DNA of 63,699 bases from Aquificaceae bacterium (GTDB lineage Bacteria > Aquificota > Aquificia > Aquificales > Aquificaceae), in the NCBI GenBank assembly GCA_037925365.1, contig JAXSNY010000001.1, forward strand, positions 1-63,699, written 5' to 3'. The number at the start of each line of letters is the position of its first letter. Within the stretch, counting starts at the first letter, position 1. Shown here piece by piece: positions 9,959 through 19,878 of this stretch. Position numbers and translations under genes: made by a program. The notes under the pieces are model-generated. The model saw nothing but the letters and a program-made list of their open reading frames with translations. It was not told the DNA's origin and ran no database searches.

Positions 9959-11218
9959 ATGAAGAGAGTTCTTGTCTGGGGTCTTGGCATTAGTGGAAGG
10001 TCTGCGGTTAACCTTTTGAAGGCTAAAGGTTTTGAGGTATACGCAGGGGACGATGCGAAGGGTGATAGCTTTGAAGAATTCCTGAACATAGTGGATACAG
10101 TGGTTCTCTCTCCAGGCATACCACCGCACCACGCACTTTGGAAAAAAGCACAAGAGAAAGGAATAGAGGTTATAGGAGAGCTTGAGCTTGCTTGGAGGTT
10201 TTTTGAAGGCACAGCCTTGGCTATCACCGGCACAGACGGGAAGTCCACCACCACAAGGCTTACATACCTTATGTTGAGAGAGGTCTACGCCAACGTGGAA
10301 GAGGGTGCAAACGCGGGAAAGCCTCTCTCTGAGATAGTCTTAAGCAATCCCTCTTGCCTTGCGGTGCTTGAGGTCTCCTCCTTTCAGGGTAAAACTTTAA
10401 AAACCTTTAGACCAATAGGAGGTGCTTTTCTAAACTTTTCTGAGGACCACCTTGATTGGCATCCGAGTCTCCAAGACTACCTTGAGAGCAAAAGAAACAT
10501 CTTCTCAAGACAAGGAGAAGAGGATTTTCTATTATTGAACGCAAGGGACCCAAGGGTTAGTGAGACGCCAAGCAAGGCAAGGAAGTTTTTACTTCTTGAA
10601 GAAGGCTCACAGGGTTATATAAAGGGAGGCAAAGCCTACTTTCTTGGTGAAGAGCTCTTTGAAGTGGAGAGGCTCAAAATAAGAGGAAAACACAACTGGC
10701 ACAATGCCCTTTTTGCAGGTGCTATGGCAAGGCTTATGGGTGTGGAAAGGGAAATAATACAAGAAGTTCTCTACAGCTTTTCTGGACTGCCATATAGGAT
10801 GGAGTATATGGGAAGTTTTGGTGGTGTAGAGGTATACAATGATTCTAAGTCTACCACCGTTAACGCCTTAAGGTCCGCCCTTGAAAGTCTTGAAGATGGC
10901 AAGGTTATCTTAATAGCAGGTGGGAAGGACAAGGGTGGAGATTTTGAAAGTATAAAGGAGCTTGTTAAGAAAAAGACAAGGCTCAGCATCCTCATAGGTG
11001 AGGCACGGGAGAAAATCGCAAAGGCTTGGCAAGGCTGTGAGGTCTATTTAGCAAAAGACCTTGAGTCTGCGGTATCAAAAGCCTTTGAGTTTGCCAAGCA
11101 GAAAGACATTATTCTCTTTTCTCCAGCTTGTGCTTCCTTTGATATGTTTAGAGACTACAAGGAAAGGGGAGAGAGGTTTAAGCGGTTAGTTTTTGAGCTT
11201 GGTGGCAAAAGTCTATGA
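9959..11218 (+). CDS. murD: UDP-N-acetylmuramoyl-L-alanine--D-glutamate ligase
   Basis: GLGISG, SPGI, ITGTDGKSTTT, LEVSSFQ, NDSKST, SPACASFD. Confidence 0.95.
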   Translation: MKRVLVWGLGISGRSAVNLLKAKGFEVYAGDDAKGDSFEEFLNIVDTVVLSPGIPPHHALWKKAQEKGIEVIGELELAWRFFEGTALAITGTDGKSTTTRLTYLMLREVYANVEEGANAGKPLSEIVLSNPSCLAVLEVSSFQGKTLKTFRPIGGAFLNFSEDHLDWHPSLQDYLESKRNIFSRQGEEDFLLLNARDPRVSETPSKARKFLLLEEGSQGYIKGGKAYFLGEELFEVERLKIRGKHNWHNALFAGAMARLMGVEREIIQEVLYSFSGLPYRMEYMGSFGGVEVYNDSKSTTVNALRSALESLEDGKVILIAGGKDKGGDFESIKELVKKKTRLSILIGEAREKIAKAWQGCEVYLAKDLESAVSKAFEFAKQKDIILFSPACASFDMFRDYKERGERFKRLVFELGGKSL

Positions 11219-11263
11219 GCTTTGTTATAATCTTTTAACTCACAAACCTTTACGGAGGCAGGC

Positions 11264-12421
11264 ATGAAACTGCACGAGCATCAGGCAAAGGAGCTTTTGA
11301 AAAGATATGGTCTTCCTGTGCCAGAGGGAAGAGTAGCCTTTAGCCTTCAAGAAGCCCTGCAGGTGTGTGAAGAGCTTGGAGAGTTTCCTCTTGTGGTAAA
11401 GGCTCAGGTGCATTGCGGTGGGCGTGGAAAGGCTGGCGGTGTAAAGCTGGTCAAAAACGCAGAAGAGCTCCAGCAAGCGGTGGAGAGTATGCTTGGGAAA
11501 GTGCTTAAGACCTTCCAGTGCCCTGATGGAAAACCTGTAAGCAGGGTATGGATAGAAAAGGCTACATACATAGAAAAGGAATACTACCTCTCTATAACCC
11601 TTGACAGGGCGGTTTCTAAACCCGTTTTGATGGCTTCTGCGGAGGGTGGAATGGAAATAGAGGAGGTAGCCAAAGAAAAACCAGAAGCCATACACATGCT
11701 CCATATAGACCCAGCGTTAGGTCTTATGCCCTCTCAGGCAAGAAGGATAGCCTTTAAGCTTGGACTCCCTGTAAACGAGTTTGTAAAGATAGCTTTGGCT
11801 CTCTACAAGGCGTATATTGATCTTGATGCAAGCCTTGTGGAGATAAACCCACTTGTCCTTACAAAAGAAGGAAGCCTTGTGCTTCTTGACGCAAAGGTGG
11901 AGCTTGACGACAATGCCCTAATAAGGCATAAGGACCTTGAAGAGCTTGAAGACCTCACTCAGCTTGACCCTCTTGAGGTGGAAGCAAAGAGGTATAGCCT
12001 TAACTACATAAAGCTGGATGGAAACATAGGGTGTATGGTAAACGGTGCAGGGCTTGCTATGACCACAATGGACATAATAAAGCTCGCAGGAGGAGAGCCT
12101 GCTAACTTCCTTGATGTGGGCGGTGGTGCCAATGTGGAGCAAATAGCCAACGCCTTTAGGATACTTATGGCGGACCAGAATGTAAAAGCGGTCTTTATAA
12201 ACATCTTTGGTGGTATCCTTAGATGCGACAGGCTTGCCAATGGTCTCATAGAGGCGGCAAAAATGGTAGAAATAAAAGTCCCCGTTGTGGTCCGTATGGA
12301 GGGGACGAACGTAGAGGAGGGAAGAAGACTTTTGGCTGAGTCTGGACTAAACTTTATAAACGCAGTGGATATGTGGGACGGTGCAAAGAAGGCGGTGGAG
12401 TTAGCATCCAAAGGAGGTTAA
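11264..12421 (+). CDS. sucC: Succinyl-CoA synthetase beta subunit
   Basis: [50 protein letters not shown]. Confidence 0.95.
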   Translation: MKLHEHQAKELLKRYGLPVPEGRVAFSLQEALQVCEELGEFPLVVKAQVHCGGRGKAGGVKLVKNAEELQQAVESMLGKVLKTFQCPDGKPVSRVWIEKATYIEKEYYLSITLDRAVSKPVLMASAEGGMEIEEVAKEKPEAIHMLHIDPALGLMPSQARRIAFKLGLPVNEFVKIALALYKAYIDLDASLVEINPLVLTKEGSLVLLDAKVELDDNALIRHKDLEELEDLTQLDPLEVEAKRYSLNYIKLDGNIGCMVNGAGLAMTTMDIIKLAGGEPANFLDVGGGANVEQIANAFRILMADQNVKAVFINIFGGILRCDRLANGLIEAAKMVEIKVPVVVRMEGTNVEEGRRLLAESGLNFINAVDMWDGAKKAVELASKGG

Positions 12422-12424
12422 GTC

Positions 12425-13306
12425 ATGTCAATCCTTGTAGACAAAAACACAAAAGTAGTAGTCCAAGGTATAACAGGAAAAGAAGGCTCTTTCCATGCTA
12501 CCCAATGCAAAGCCTATGGCACTCAAGTTGTGGCTGGTGTAACGCCCGGCAAAGGGGGTCAGTCTGTAGAGGGTATACCCGTTTTCAACACCGTAGAAGA
12601 GGCTGTAAGAGAAACATCCGCTAACTGCTCTCTCATCTTTGTCCCACCAGCCTTTGCAGGAGATGCCATAGTGGAAGCTCTGGATGCAGGCATAGAGCTC
12701 GTGGTCTGTATCACGGAGGGTATACCGGTAAGAGATATGATGATGGTAAAGGACTACATGAAGAAAAACTACCCCAACGCCAAGCTCATAGGTCCAAACT
12801 GCCCAGGAGTGATAACACCAGGCGAGGCAAAGGTGGGTATAATGCCAGGGCATATCTTCAAAAGAGGTTCTATAGGCATAGTTTCAAGAAGTGGGACGCT
12901 TACCTACGAGGCATCCTATCAGCTCACCCAGTTTGGACTTGGACAGTCTACCGCAGTGGGAATAGGTGGAGACCCAGTTCATGGACTTTCTCACAAAGAA
13001 GTTATAGCCATGTTTAACCAAGACCCAGAAACAGAGGCTATACTTATGATAGGAGAAATAGGGGGAACCGCGGAAGAGGAGGCGGCGGAGTATATAAAAG
13101 AGCACGTGAAAAAGCCAGTCTTTGCCTATATTGCGGGTATAACCGCACCACCGGGAAGGCGTATGGGACATGCAGGTGCTATAATAAGTGGAGGCAAAGG
13201 CACAGCTCAAGCAAAAATGCAAGCACTTAGAGATGCAGGCGTGACGGTGATAGAGAACCCTGCCTTTATAGGGAAAACTGTAGCGGAGGCTATCGAAAAG
13301 ATATGA
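12425..13306 (+). CDS. sucD: Succinyl-CoA synthetase alpha subunit
   Basis: [30 protein letters not shown] phospho-His motif. Confidence 0.96.
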   Translation: MSILVDKNTKVVVQGITGKEGSFHATQCKAYGTQVVAGVTPGKGGQSVEGIPVFNTVEEAVRETSANCSLIFVPPAFAGDAIVEALDAGIELVVCITEGIPVRDMMMVKDYMKKNYPNAKLIGPNCPGVITPGEAKVGIMPGHIFKRGSIGIVSRSGTLTYEASYQLTQFGLGQSTAVGIGGDPVHGLSHKEVIAMFNQDPETEAILMIGEIGGTAEEEAAEYIKEHVKKPVFAYIAGITAPPGRRMGHAGAIISGGKGTAQAKMQALRDAGVTVIENPAFIGKTVAEAIEKI

Positions 13307-13375
13307 TTAAATATATGTTGATAAACTAAACCTGTGATATATTTTATAAACCCAAACTTTTAAGGAGGTGTTAAT

Positions 13376-13594
13376 ATGGCTCTGAAGACCAAAGTTGACC
13401 CAGATACCTGTACCTCATGCGAGCTCTGCTATGACAGAGTGCCAGAGGTTTACAAAAACAGAGGCGATGGAATAGCAGAGGTAGTAAGCCCTGGAGCTGA
13501 CGGATGGATGACAGTTCCAGCAGAGCTTGAAAGCGAGGTCAAAGAGGTTACCGACGAATGTCCCAGTGGGTCTATCATAACAGAAGAAGTGTAA
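13376..13594 (+). CDS. fdx1: Monocluster [4Fe-4S] ferredoxin (Fd1-like)
   Basis: CTSCELC...CP motif; strong SD TAAGGAGGTG. Confidence 0.92.
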   Translation: MALKTKVDPDTCTSCELCYDRVPEVYKNRGDGIAEVVSPGADGWMTVPAELESEVKEVTDECPSGSIITEEV

Positions 13595-13779
13595 GCATAA
13601 GGGTTGACATAGATACGTGCACCGCTTGCGAGCTTTGCTACGACAGGCTCCCAGAGGTTTTTGTGGACAGGGGGGATGGCATCCCCCTTGTTATCATAAG
13701 GGTGCCTATAGAGAATGCATATGAGGACATCCTTCAGGTGGCAGAGGATTGTCCCAGCGGGTCTATAATTCTATACTGA
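13558..13779 (+). CDS. fdx2: Second tandem monocluster ferredoxin (Fd2-like); start uncertain
   Basis: CTACELCYDRLPEV..RGDG...CPSGSI paralogous to fdx1; the only standard start is ATG 13558, inside fdx1. Confidence 0.85.
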   Translation: MSQWVYHNRRSVSIRVDIDTCTACELCYDRLPEVFVDRGDGIPLVIIRVPIENAYEDILQVAEDCPSGSIILY

Positions 13780-13780
13780 G

Positions 13781-14536
13781 TTGGATAAGATACTTTTTCT
13801 TGGAACCGCAGGCGGTAGGGCAAGCGTTTTTAGATTTTTGCGGAGGTCTGGGGGCTTTTTGCTTTTTTTATCTGGTTCGCTGGTGCATGTAGACCCTGGT
13901 CCTGGTGCCTTTGTTTATCTTCATCAGCTTGGGGTGGACCCAAGAAGCATAGACTTGGTAGTCTTATCCCACATACATCTTGACCACTCTTCGGATGTAA
14001 ATGCGGTCATAGAATCTGCCACGGACGGAGGAAAGATAAGACATGTAGCTCTCTTTGCTCCAAAGTCCGCCTTTGAGGGGCATCACAGAGTGGTTCTGCC
14101 CTTTATAAGAGAAAGGCTTGTGATGGAAGGTTTTCTTAGAGAAGGTGAACTGCTCTCATACAAATCAGTAAGTGTAAAGGCTGTGATGAAACATACACAT
14201 CATGGTGCAGAGACCTATGCACTACTCTTCAACGGCAGAATTCTTTATGTTTCCTGTGCTCTTTATGAAGAGAGGATGCTACAGATGTATCCACATAATG
14301 TGGATGTGATGATAATAAACACCACACTCTACAGGAAGACAAAACCTATAGACCATCTTACCGTTGAAGATGCGGAAAGGTTGATATGTGGTTTAAGACC
14401 TAAAAAGGTCATACTAACACACTTTGGGTATGAGTTTCTTTTACAACATGACCCTGAAAGGGTTGCAAAAGAGCTATCTCAAAAATACGGAATACCAGTG
14501 ATACCTGCGAAGGACTTTATGGAGGTAGTCCTTTAG
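13781..14536 (+). CDS. MBL-fold metallo-hydrolase
   Basis: FLGTAGG, DPGPG, SHIHLDHSSD (HxHxDH), LTHFG. Confidence 0.88.
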   Translation: MDKILFLGTAGGRASVFRFLRRSGGFLLFLSGSLVHVDPGPGAFVYLHQLGVDPRSIDLVVLSHIHLDHSSDVNAVIESATDGGKIRHVALFAPKSAFEGHHRVVLPFIRERLVMEGFLREGELLSYKSVSVKAVMKHTHHGAETYALLFNGRILYVSCALYEERMLQMYPHNVDVMIINTTLYRKTKPIDHLTVEDAERLICGLRPKKVILTHFGYEFLLQHDPERVAKELSQKYGIPVIPAKDFMEVVL

Positions 14537-15012
14537 TGTTGGAACACTTTTTCCCTGAGTTAAAAAGATGGGCGGAAGAGTTTGTGCAGGAGCATGGCTA
14601 CACTGCACTCTTTATACTTTCTTTCACAGAATCCATAATGCAGCCAGTGCCACCATATCCCTTTATAGTGAGTGCCCCCATATTCAAGCTAAGTCCATAC
14701 ACTGCAGGCTTTGTAGCCTTTGCGGGAAATATATTAGGTGCTCTGGTTGCCTACTATCTTGCTAAAATTCTTGGGGAAACCTTTGTAAGAAAGGTTTTTG
14801 GTCAGAGACTTTACCTGAAGGGGGAAGCCCTCTTTAACAGATACGGCTTTTGGGCGGTGCTCATAGGCGAACCCTATAAGCTGGTTTGCTGGCTTGCGGG
14901 GCTCTTTCACATGCCCCTGTGGAGTTTTATCTTAGCAAGCCTTATTGCAAGGGCTATTAGGATAGGCATATTTGTATTCTTTGGTGATGTGCTTGGGAAA
15001 TTTATAAACTAA
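14536..15012 (+). CDS. DedA/YqaA (VTT domain) membrane protein
   Basis: LSFTES..PVPP, GALVAYYL, PYKL..W.AG, RAIR. Confidence 0.85.
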   Translation: MLEHFFPELKRWAEEFVQEHGYTALFILSFTESIMQPVPPYPFIVSAPIFKLSPYTAGFVAFAGNILGALVAYYLAKILGETFVRKVFGQRLYLKGEALFNRYGFWAVLIGEPYKLVCWLAGLFHMPLWSFILASLIARAIRIGIFVFFGDVLGKFIN

Positions 15013-15084
15013 TGGGTGCGGGAGGACTCGAACCCCCAACCGGGCGGTTATGAGCCGCCCGCTCTGCCATTGAGCTACGCACCC
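15013..15084 (-). tRNA. tRNA with CAT anticodon (probably tRNA-Ile2, otherwise elongator tRNA-Met); CCA not encoded
   Basis: Minus strand GGGTGCG-TAGCTCAATGGCAGAGC-G-GGCGG-CTCATAA-CCGCC-CGGTT-GGGGGTTCGAGTCCTC-CCGCACCC-A folds as a cloverleaf; paired 1-72 excludes initiator. Confidence 0.93.
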
Positions 15085-15096
15085 TACAGGAAAAAT

Positions 15097-15125
15097 ATTA
15101 TAAAACCTCTTGACAATCTTTGCAA
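15097..15125 (-). promoter_or_regulatory. Sigma70-type promoter for the tRNA
   Basis: Minus strand TTGCAA-17 nt-TATAAT. Confidence 0.6.
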
Positions 15126-15168
15126 CTCTATGGTAGAGTTTTGGAAACTCCTTTAGGGAGGTAGTGCC

Positions 15169-15771
15169 ATGAAGAAGTTTGTCCTTGCCTTTGCTCTGGT
15201 GGGAGCTCTCTGCAAGCCCATAATGGATGCGTCTCCCTTAGGCATGGGTGGGCCTTCAGAGGTCTCATACCAGAACAATGAGCCAAATGAGGAAATTTTT
15301 GACGTAGACACGGTCAGTAAGGTCTTAGCGATAGAGATATCCGTGGAAGAAGCCATGAAAGAGCTTCTCAATGTTAAAACTATAGAAACAGTCAAGCCAG
15401 ACATATGGCCAGTGGTGGGTGTTATAACCTCAGACTACGGTTGGAGAACCATGGGAAGAAGAAGAGAATTTCACACTGGCATAGACATATCCGCACCTTA
15501 CGGAACACCTGTGGTTTCCTCTTCTGACGGCAGGGTTATATACGCAGGGTGGATAAGGGGCTATGGCAAGACAGTTATTATCTATCACGGTTATGGTTTT
15601 GCAACCCTATACTCACACCTATCGGACATAAAGGTTTCCTACTCAGACAGGGTTGTAAAGGGTCAGATAATAGGAAACGTGGGGACCACCGGCAGGGCGT
15701 TTGGACCACACCTCCATTATGAGGTTCTAAAATACGGGGTTAGACAAAACCCTATAGCCTACCTGCCTTAA
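15169..15771 (+). CDS. M23 family metallopeptidase
   Basis: HTGID, YSHL, GPHLHYEV; N-terminal signal peptide. Confidence 0.92.
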   Translation: MKKFVLAFALVGALCKPIMDASPLGMGGPSEVSYQNNEPNEEIFDVDTVSKVLAIEISVEEAMKELLNVKTIETVKPDIWPVVGVITSDYGWRTMGRRREFHTGIDISAPYGTPVVSSSDGRVIYAGWIRGYGKTVIIYHGYGFATLYSHLSDIKVSYSDRVVKGQIIGNVGTTGRAFGPHLHYEVLKYGVRQNPIAYLP

Positions 15772-16319
15772 AGTAGACCTCTTCTCTTTAGGGCATCTTC
15801 GTATATTCTTTTGTAGAGATGGTTCCACTCGGGAGTGCCTTCCACTATCCTTTTTGAATAGGACCTTATCCTTTCTCTTACTTCTTTGTCTATATCTTCC
15901 TCTTCTCTAACCGCCTCCATGAGAATCTCCCTTATCCTGTTTCTTATTACGCTTGGCTCTTCGTATATCTCCACCTGAGGGTCTTCCATTATCATGTCCT
16001 TTATTCTATGGGCTATCTGGTTCATCCTTTCCCTTCTTGAGGTGTGTATGTTCATTTCCTCTGCGAGCTTGCTCCTAACAGTTTTGTAGGCTGTCCTATA
16101 ATCAAGGCTGGTTTCCTCAAGAAGCTCCAGCTTTTCCTTGAGTATTTCCTTAGTTTTTTCGTCAAGCATTCTCTCCTGTTCTTCCGCCTCCTTAAATATG
16201 GCTATTATCTTTTTCTTAAAGGTATAGGTGTCTTCTGGTTCTATTATTTTCTCGTTCTCATAGAGTTCCTTTATAATCCTATCCGCTATCCTCTCCACAA
16301 GTTTCTCAGGTAGCCTCAT
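15768..16319 (-). CDS. DUF507 family protein
   Basis: Two similar halves MRL...ERIA.RI...E..ID..VR..I.SY; SD GGAGG supports a start at 16319. Confidence 0.7.
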   Translation of the reverse strand: MRLPEKLVERIADRIIKELYENEKIIEPEDTYTFKKKIIAIFKEAEEQERMLDEKTKEILKEKLELLEETSLDYRTAYKTVRSKLAEEMNIHTSRRERMNQIAHRIKDMIMEDPQVEIYEEPSVIRNRIREILMEAVREEEDIDKEVRERIRSYSKRIVEGTPEWNHLYKRIYEDALKRRGLL

Positions 16320-16348
16320 ACATCGCCTCCTAAATCTTATCAATTATA

Positions 16349-17053
16349 TCATAGAAAACTCTCAAGAAGGTTTTTGACTTCTTGCGTGTATTCACCACTA
16401 TCTTCGTTGATTATTAGAGGTTTTTCAACAAAGGGCAAAGGTCTTAAATTTTTTAATGCATGTATACGCACTATTTTTGCGTTTTTTTGTAGCTTTGGGT
16501 AAAAAAACCTCAAGGATTCTACCTCCAATCTATGATTTTTCATATACACTATAGCTTCTACAAGACGATGTGAAGCTATTAAAAGGTTAAAGTGTCCACC
16601 ATCTCTAAGCAAAAAGCTCGCTGTTTTCACAAAATCTTCAAGGCTCGTATCTGTTTCATGATGATAGGCATTGGCTGGATTATAACCCATATAAAAGGGT
16701 GGATTGGCCACCACCACATCAAAACTCTGAGCCTTTAGGAAATTCTCTGCGGTTCTAAGGTCAAGGTCAAGAACACGGATTTTATCCTCAAGTTTGTTGA
16801 GCCTTATATTCTCTCTGAGAAGCTGAAGCATAAGAGGGTCCCTTTCCATAGCCCAAACTTGGCAAGAGTTTCTGAGGGAAATAAGTATGGAGAGGATGCC
16901 AAAGCCTGCACCAAGGTCAAGGACTTTTGAGCTTTTTTTTATGCCTTTAAGATTTGCCACAAAAAGTATCTCTACTACGGACAGTCTGTGTGTTTTTGGC
17001 TGTCTGAACCTTACCTTTCCTCTAAAAAACTCAAACTCCTTATACTCTTCCAA
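16349..17053 (-). CDS. tRNA1(Val) adenine-N6 methyltransferase-like (TrmN6/YfiC family)
   Basis: VLDLGAGFG, VVANPPFY, C-terminal YT.EV. Confidence 0.75.
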   Translation of the reverse strand: MEEYKEFEFFRGKVRFRQPKTHRLSVVEILFVANLKGIKKSSKVLDLGAGFGILSILISLRNSCQVWAMERDPLMLQLLRENIRLNKLEDKIRVLDLDLRTAENFLKAQSFDVVVANPPFYMGYNPANAYHHETDTSLEDFVKTASFLLRDGGHFNLLIASHRLVEAIVYMKNHRLEVESLRFFYPKLQKNAKIVRIHALKNLRPLPFVEKPLIINEDSGEYTQEVKNLLESFL

Positions 17054-17441
17054 ACCTCTCTACAAGTTCAAGCAGAGTTCTTGCTCTTTCCTTGGCTTTT
17101 TCCAGCTCTTCTATCTCCTCCATGGTCTGGGCGGTCGCTAACTTTTTCATTGCTTGGTCAAAGAGTTCCTTCTCCTTGCCAGGGTCAATGTCTCCTATGT
17201 TGTAGGCTTCTTCTGTGAGGATGATAACCTTTTCAGGCGTCACATCCACAAAGCCGTAGGTTACCGCAATGCCATTTTCTTGCCTTCCGTCAAAGTAAAC
17301 AAGCCCGGGCTTTAACATGGTCATCAGATACATGTGTTTTTCAAGCACGCCTATTTCACCCTCTGCGGTGGGTATGTTTACAGAGTTTACCTCCCTTGAA
17401 AAATGAAGCCCTTGAGGTGTGACTATTTCTACCTTTATCAT
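17040..17441 (-). CDS. atpC: ATP synthase F1 epsilon subunit
   Basis: VEIVTP, IPTAEGEIGVL..H, LKPG, GFVDV. Confidence 0.93.
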   Translation of the reverse strand: MIKVEIVTPQGLHFSREVNSVNIPTAEGEIGVLEKHMYLMTMLKPGLVYFDGRQENGIAVTYGFVDVTPEKVIILTEEAYNIGDIDPGKEKELFDQAMKKLATAQTMEEIEELEKAKERARTLLELVERFGRV

Positions 17442-17458
17442 GGCGTTAAAATTATACC

Positions 17459-18250
17459 ATGAAGGCTTATGTGCTTGGAAAACTTCCCCGCATGCTCTCC
17501 ACCACCCTCTTTCACGCCATGGCGGAGCTGGGCTATGAGGGTCTCATACTCTGTGAGCCAGAGGATACCTACGTAAGCCTTGGATACTTTGACAGGGCTC
17601 AGGAGCTTATAGACCTCAAAAGGTGCAAGGAGCTGGGACTTGGTGTTATAAGGAGGCAGGTGGGAGGTGGTGCGGTGCTCTTGGCACCAGAGCAGGTTTT
17701 TTATCAGCTTGTGCTTCCCAAAAGCCTTGTGCCCTTTAAGGTAGAGGATGCCTACAGAAGGCTCTCTCAGCCAGTTATAAAGGCTTACGCAAGGCTTGGG
17801 CTTGATGTGGAATACAAACCCATAAACGACCTTGTGGTCAAGTCATCTCAGAGAAAGATAAGCGGTCAGGGTGCTGGAGATATAGGAAAGTTTTTTGTCT
17901 TCGTGGGAAACGTTCTCCTAAGGTTTGACCCAGAGCTTATGGCAGAGCTTTTTAATCTTCCAAACAAGTATATGAGGGAGAAAGTGAGGCAAAGTCTCTG
18001 GGAAAACATATCGTGGTTAGAAAGAGAGTTGTGCAGGACTTTTAGCCCAAAGGAGGTTATGGAAGCTCTCCTTGAGGAGTTCTCCAAGGACTTTAACCTT
18101 GAGGTTTGTGAGGAAGCTCCACAGGATGCCATTGAGCTTGCGGAAAAGTTAAGAGAGGAGATGACCTCTGAAGAAACTCTCCTTGAAGACACAGGAAGAA
18201 GGCACGACCTTATAAAGATAAGGGAAGGGGTATATGTGCTAAAACATTAG
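17459..18250 (+). CDS. lplA: Lipoate--protein ligase family protein (catalytic domain)
   Basis: IRRQVGGGAV, PINDL, RKISGQG. Confidence 0.85.
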   Translation: MKAYVLGKLPRMLSTTLFHAMAELGYEGLILCEPEDTYVSLGYFDRAQELIDLKRCKELGLGVIRRQVGGGAVLLAPEQVFYQLVLPKSLVPFKVEDAYRRLSQPVIKAYARLGLDVEYKPINDLVVKSSQRKISGQGAGDIGKFFVFVGNVLLRFDPELMAELFNLPNKYMREKVRQSLWENISWLERELCRTFSPKEVMEALLEEFSKDFNLEVCEEAPQDAIELAEKLREEMTSEETLLEDTGRRHDLIKIREGVYVLKH

Positions 18251-18301
18251 GTTGCTAAATTTTAGCCCTTAGTTTACGATACTATTAAGAGGGAGGTGTA
18301 A

Positions 18302-19867
18302 ATGTTTGGTGCTACCTTTGGTATAGTGGCTCAGGGGCTTGAACTTTTTAGAAAGTCTGCGGATATAAGAAATAGGAACATACTCAATGCCAACAATCCA
18401 GATTATGCCCAAGAAGACCCAGCGGTAGAGAGCTTTGCACCGGTGGGTATAAGGCTGGAAGACATAATAAGAAGTCAGAATTTCTACTACATGTCTTTGA
18501 GAAATCAAAAGCTCTCTACAATTTCTGCCCTTGATACCACCATAAAGGGAAACTCTCAAGTGGAGAACCTCTTTCAGGAGTTTACGCATGGGCTCGGTGG
18601 CAGCGAATACATAAACCGATTCTTTACCGCATACCAAAACTTAATGAAAGAACCCACCAACGAAGGGGCAAGAAGTGAATTATTAAATTCCGCACAAAGT
18701 CTTATTTTTTACCTCAAGGATAGAAAAAAAGATATGGAAAGGTATCTCAACAGCACAGACTACGATATGAGGCAATACACAAGCAGGATAAACACCCTAA
18801 CAAAGAAGATAGCCAGTATAAACCAAGAAATACTCACAGGCTATGCCCAGACCTATGCACGGGGTAAGGATTACAAAAACCTGCTGGACGAAAGGGATAG
18901 CTACCTGAGGGAGCTTTCGGAGCTTATAAATGTGCAGGTGCAGGAGGATGATATTGGAAGGGTGAGGGTAGAAACCAGTCAGGGCTTTGTGCTTGTAGAA
19001 GACCGATACAGCTGGGAGCTAAAGTATGATGCGGGCAACAGAAGGGTCTTGTGGAAGTCAAAGGACGGCTCAGAGGTGGACATAAGTAATCTTATAAGCG
19101 GTGGAAGGCTTAGGGGGCTTTTGGAATTCCAGCAAGACCTTCAGGACTACATAAACCAGCTTGAGGGAATTGCCAAAAGGCTCATAAGCCAAGTAAAAGT
19201 GCCACTGAATGCACAAGCCACCACAAACTGGTTTTGGTTCAAAAATGTAAGCGACCCAAACGCACCCTTGGGCTTTTCTGGAAGCATTACCTTTAACTTT
19301 CCTGGTGGTCCTGTGGTGCTAAGCTATTCCAACACAGACAGTTTAAACGCTATAATAAGCACCATAAACACAAACCTAAGCTCTTATTTTACCGCAAGCC
19401 TAATTTCCAACCCAGACGGCACATACACTATGAGGATAACCTCCAACAACCCTTCATACACCATAGAAGACAGCAACAACCTTATCTACCGTTCTGAGCC
19501 TCTTTTTACTGGAACTGGTATAGGGGACATGGCTCTAAACCCAAGCATAAACAATTATATGCAGAACCTTGACTACGAAAAGGTGGATGAGTTTATGGAT
19601 TTTTCAAAGGACTGGTGGGAAGATGTAAAGGCTCTATACAATGGGCTTGTGGACAATGTGGCTTCAAGGCAGAGGGACCTAAGGACAAGGTATGACATAG
19701 AAAATGCCCTTTTGAATTCCTTGAAGGCAAGGCTTCAAGAAATGCAGGGAGTTTCTGTGGATAACGAGTTTATTGAACTAATGAAACTTCAGAGGAGCTA
19801 TGAAGCCCTTGCAAGAACTATAAATGCTATGGACGAGATGCTTCAGGCAACACTAAATATGGTATGA
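18302..19867 (+). CDS. flgK: Flagellar hook-associated protein 1
   Basis: NI.NANNPDY, LLDERD..L.ELS, GG.L.GL, GVSVDNE..LM..QRSYEA. Confidence 0.92.
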   Translation: MFGATFGIVAQGLELFRKSADIRNRNILNANNPDYAQEDPAVESFAPVGIRLEDIIRSQNFYYMSLRNQKLSTISALDTTIKGNSQVENLFQEFTHGLGGSEYINRFFTAYQNLMKEPTNEGARSELLNSAQSLIFYLKDRKKDMERYLNSTDYDMRQYTSRINTLTKKIASINQEILTGYAQTYARGKDYKNLLDERDSYLRELSELINVQVQEDDIGRVRVETSQGFVLVEDRYSWELKYDAGNRRVLWKSKDGSEVDISNLISGGRLRGLLEFQQDLQDYINQLEGIAKRLISQVKVPLNAQATTNWFWFKNVSDPNAPLGFSGSITFNFPGGPVVLSYSNTDSLNAIISTINTNLSSYFTASLISNPDGTYTMRITSNNPSYTIEDSNNLIYRSEPLFTGTGIGDMALNPSINNYMQNLDYEKVDEFMDFSKDWWEDVKALYNGLVDNVASRQRDLRTRYDIENALLNSLKARLQEMQGVSVDNEFIELMKLQRSYEALARTINAMDEMLQATLNMV

Positions 19868-19878
19868 GGTGAAGAGCC

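Noticed and set aside
11264-13306. Citryl-CoA synthetase instead of succinyl-CoA synthetase
   Set aside because: Lengths (385 and 293 aa) and motifs NGAGLAM and [10 protein letters not shown] fit canonical SucC/SucD.
18252-18281. Sigma28 promoter for flgKL (CTAAA...CGATA)
   Set aside because: Spacing is off by about one base and it reads equally well as a sigma70 site (TTGCTA-16-TACGAT); too ambiguous to call.
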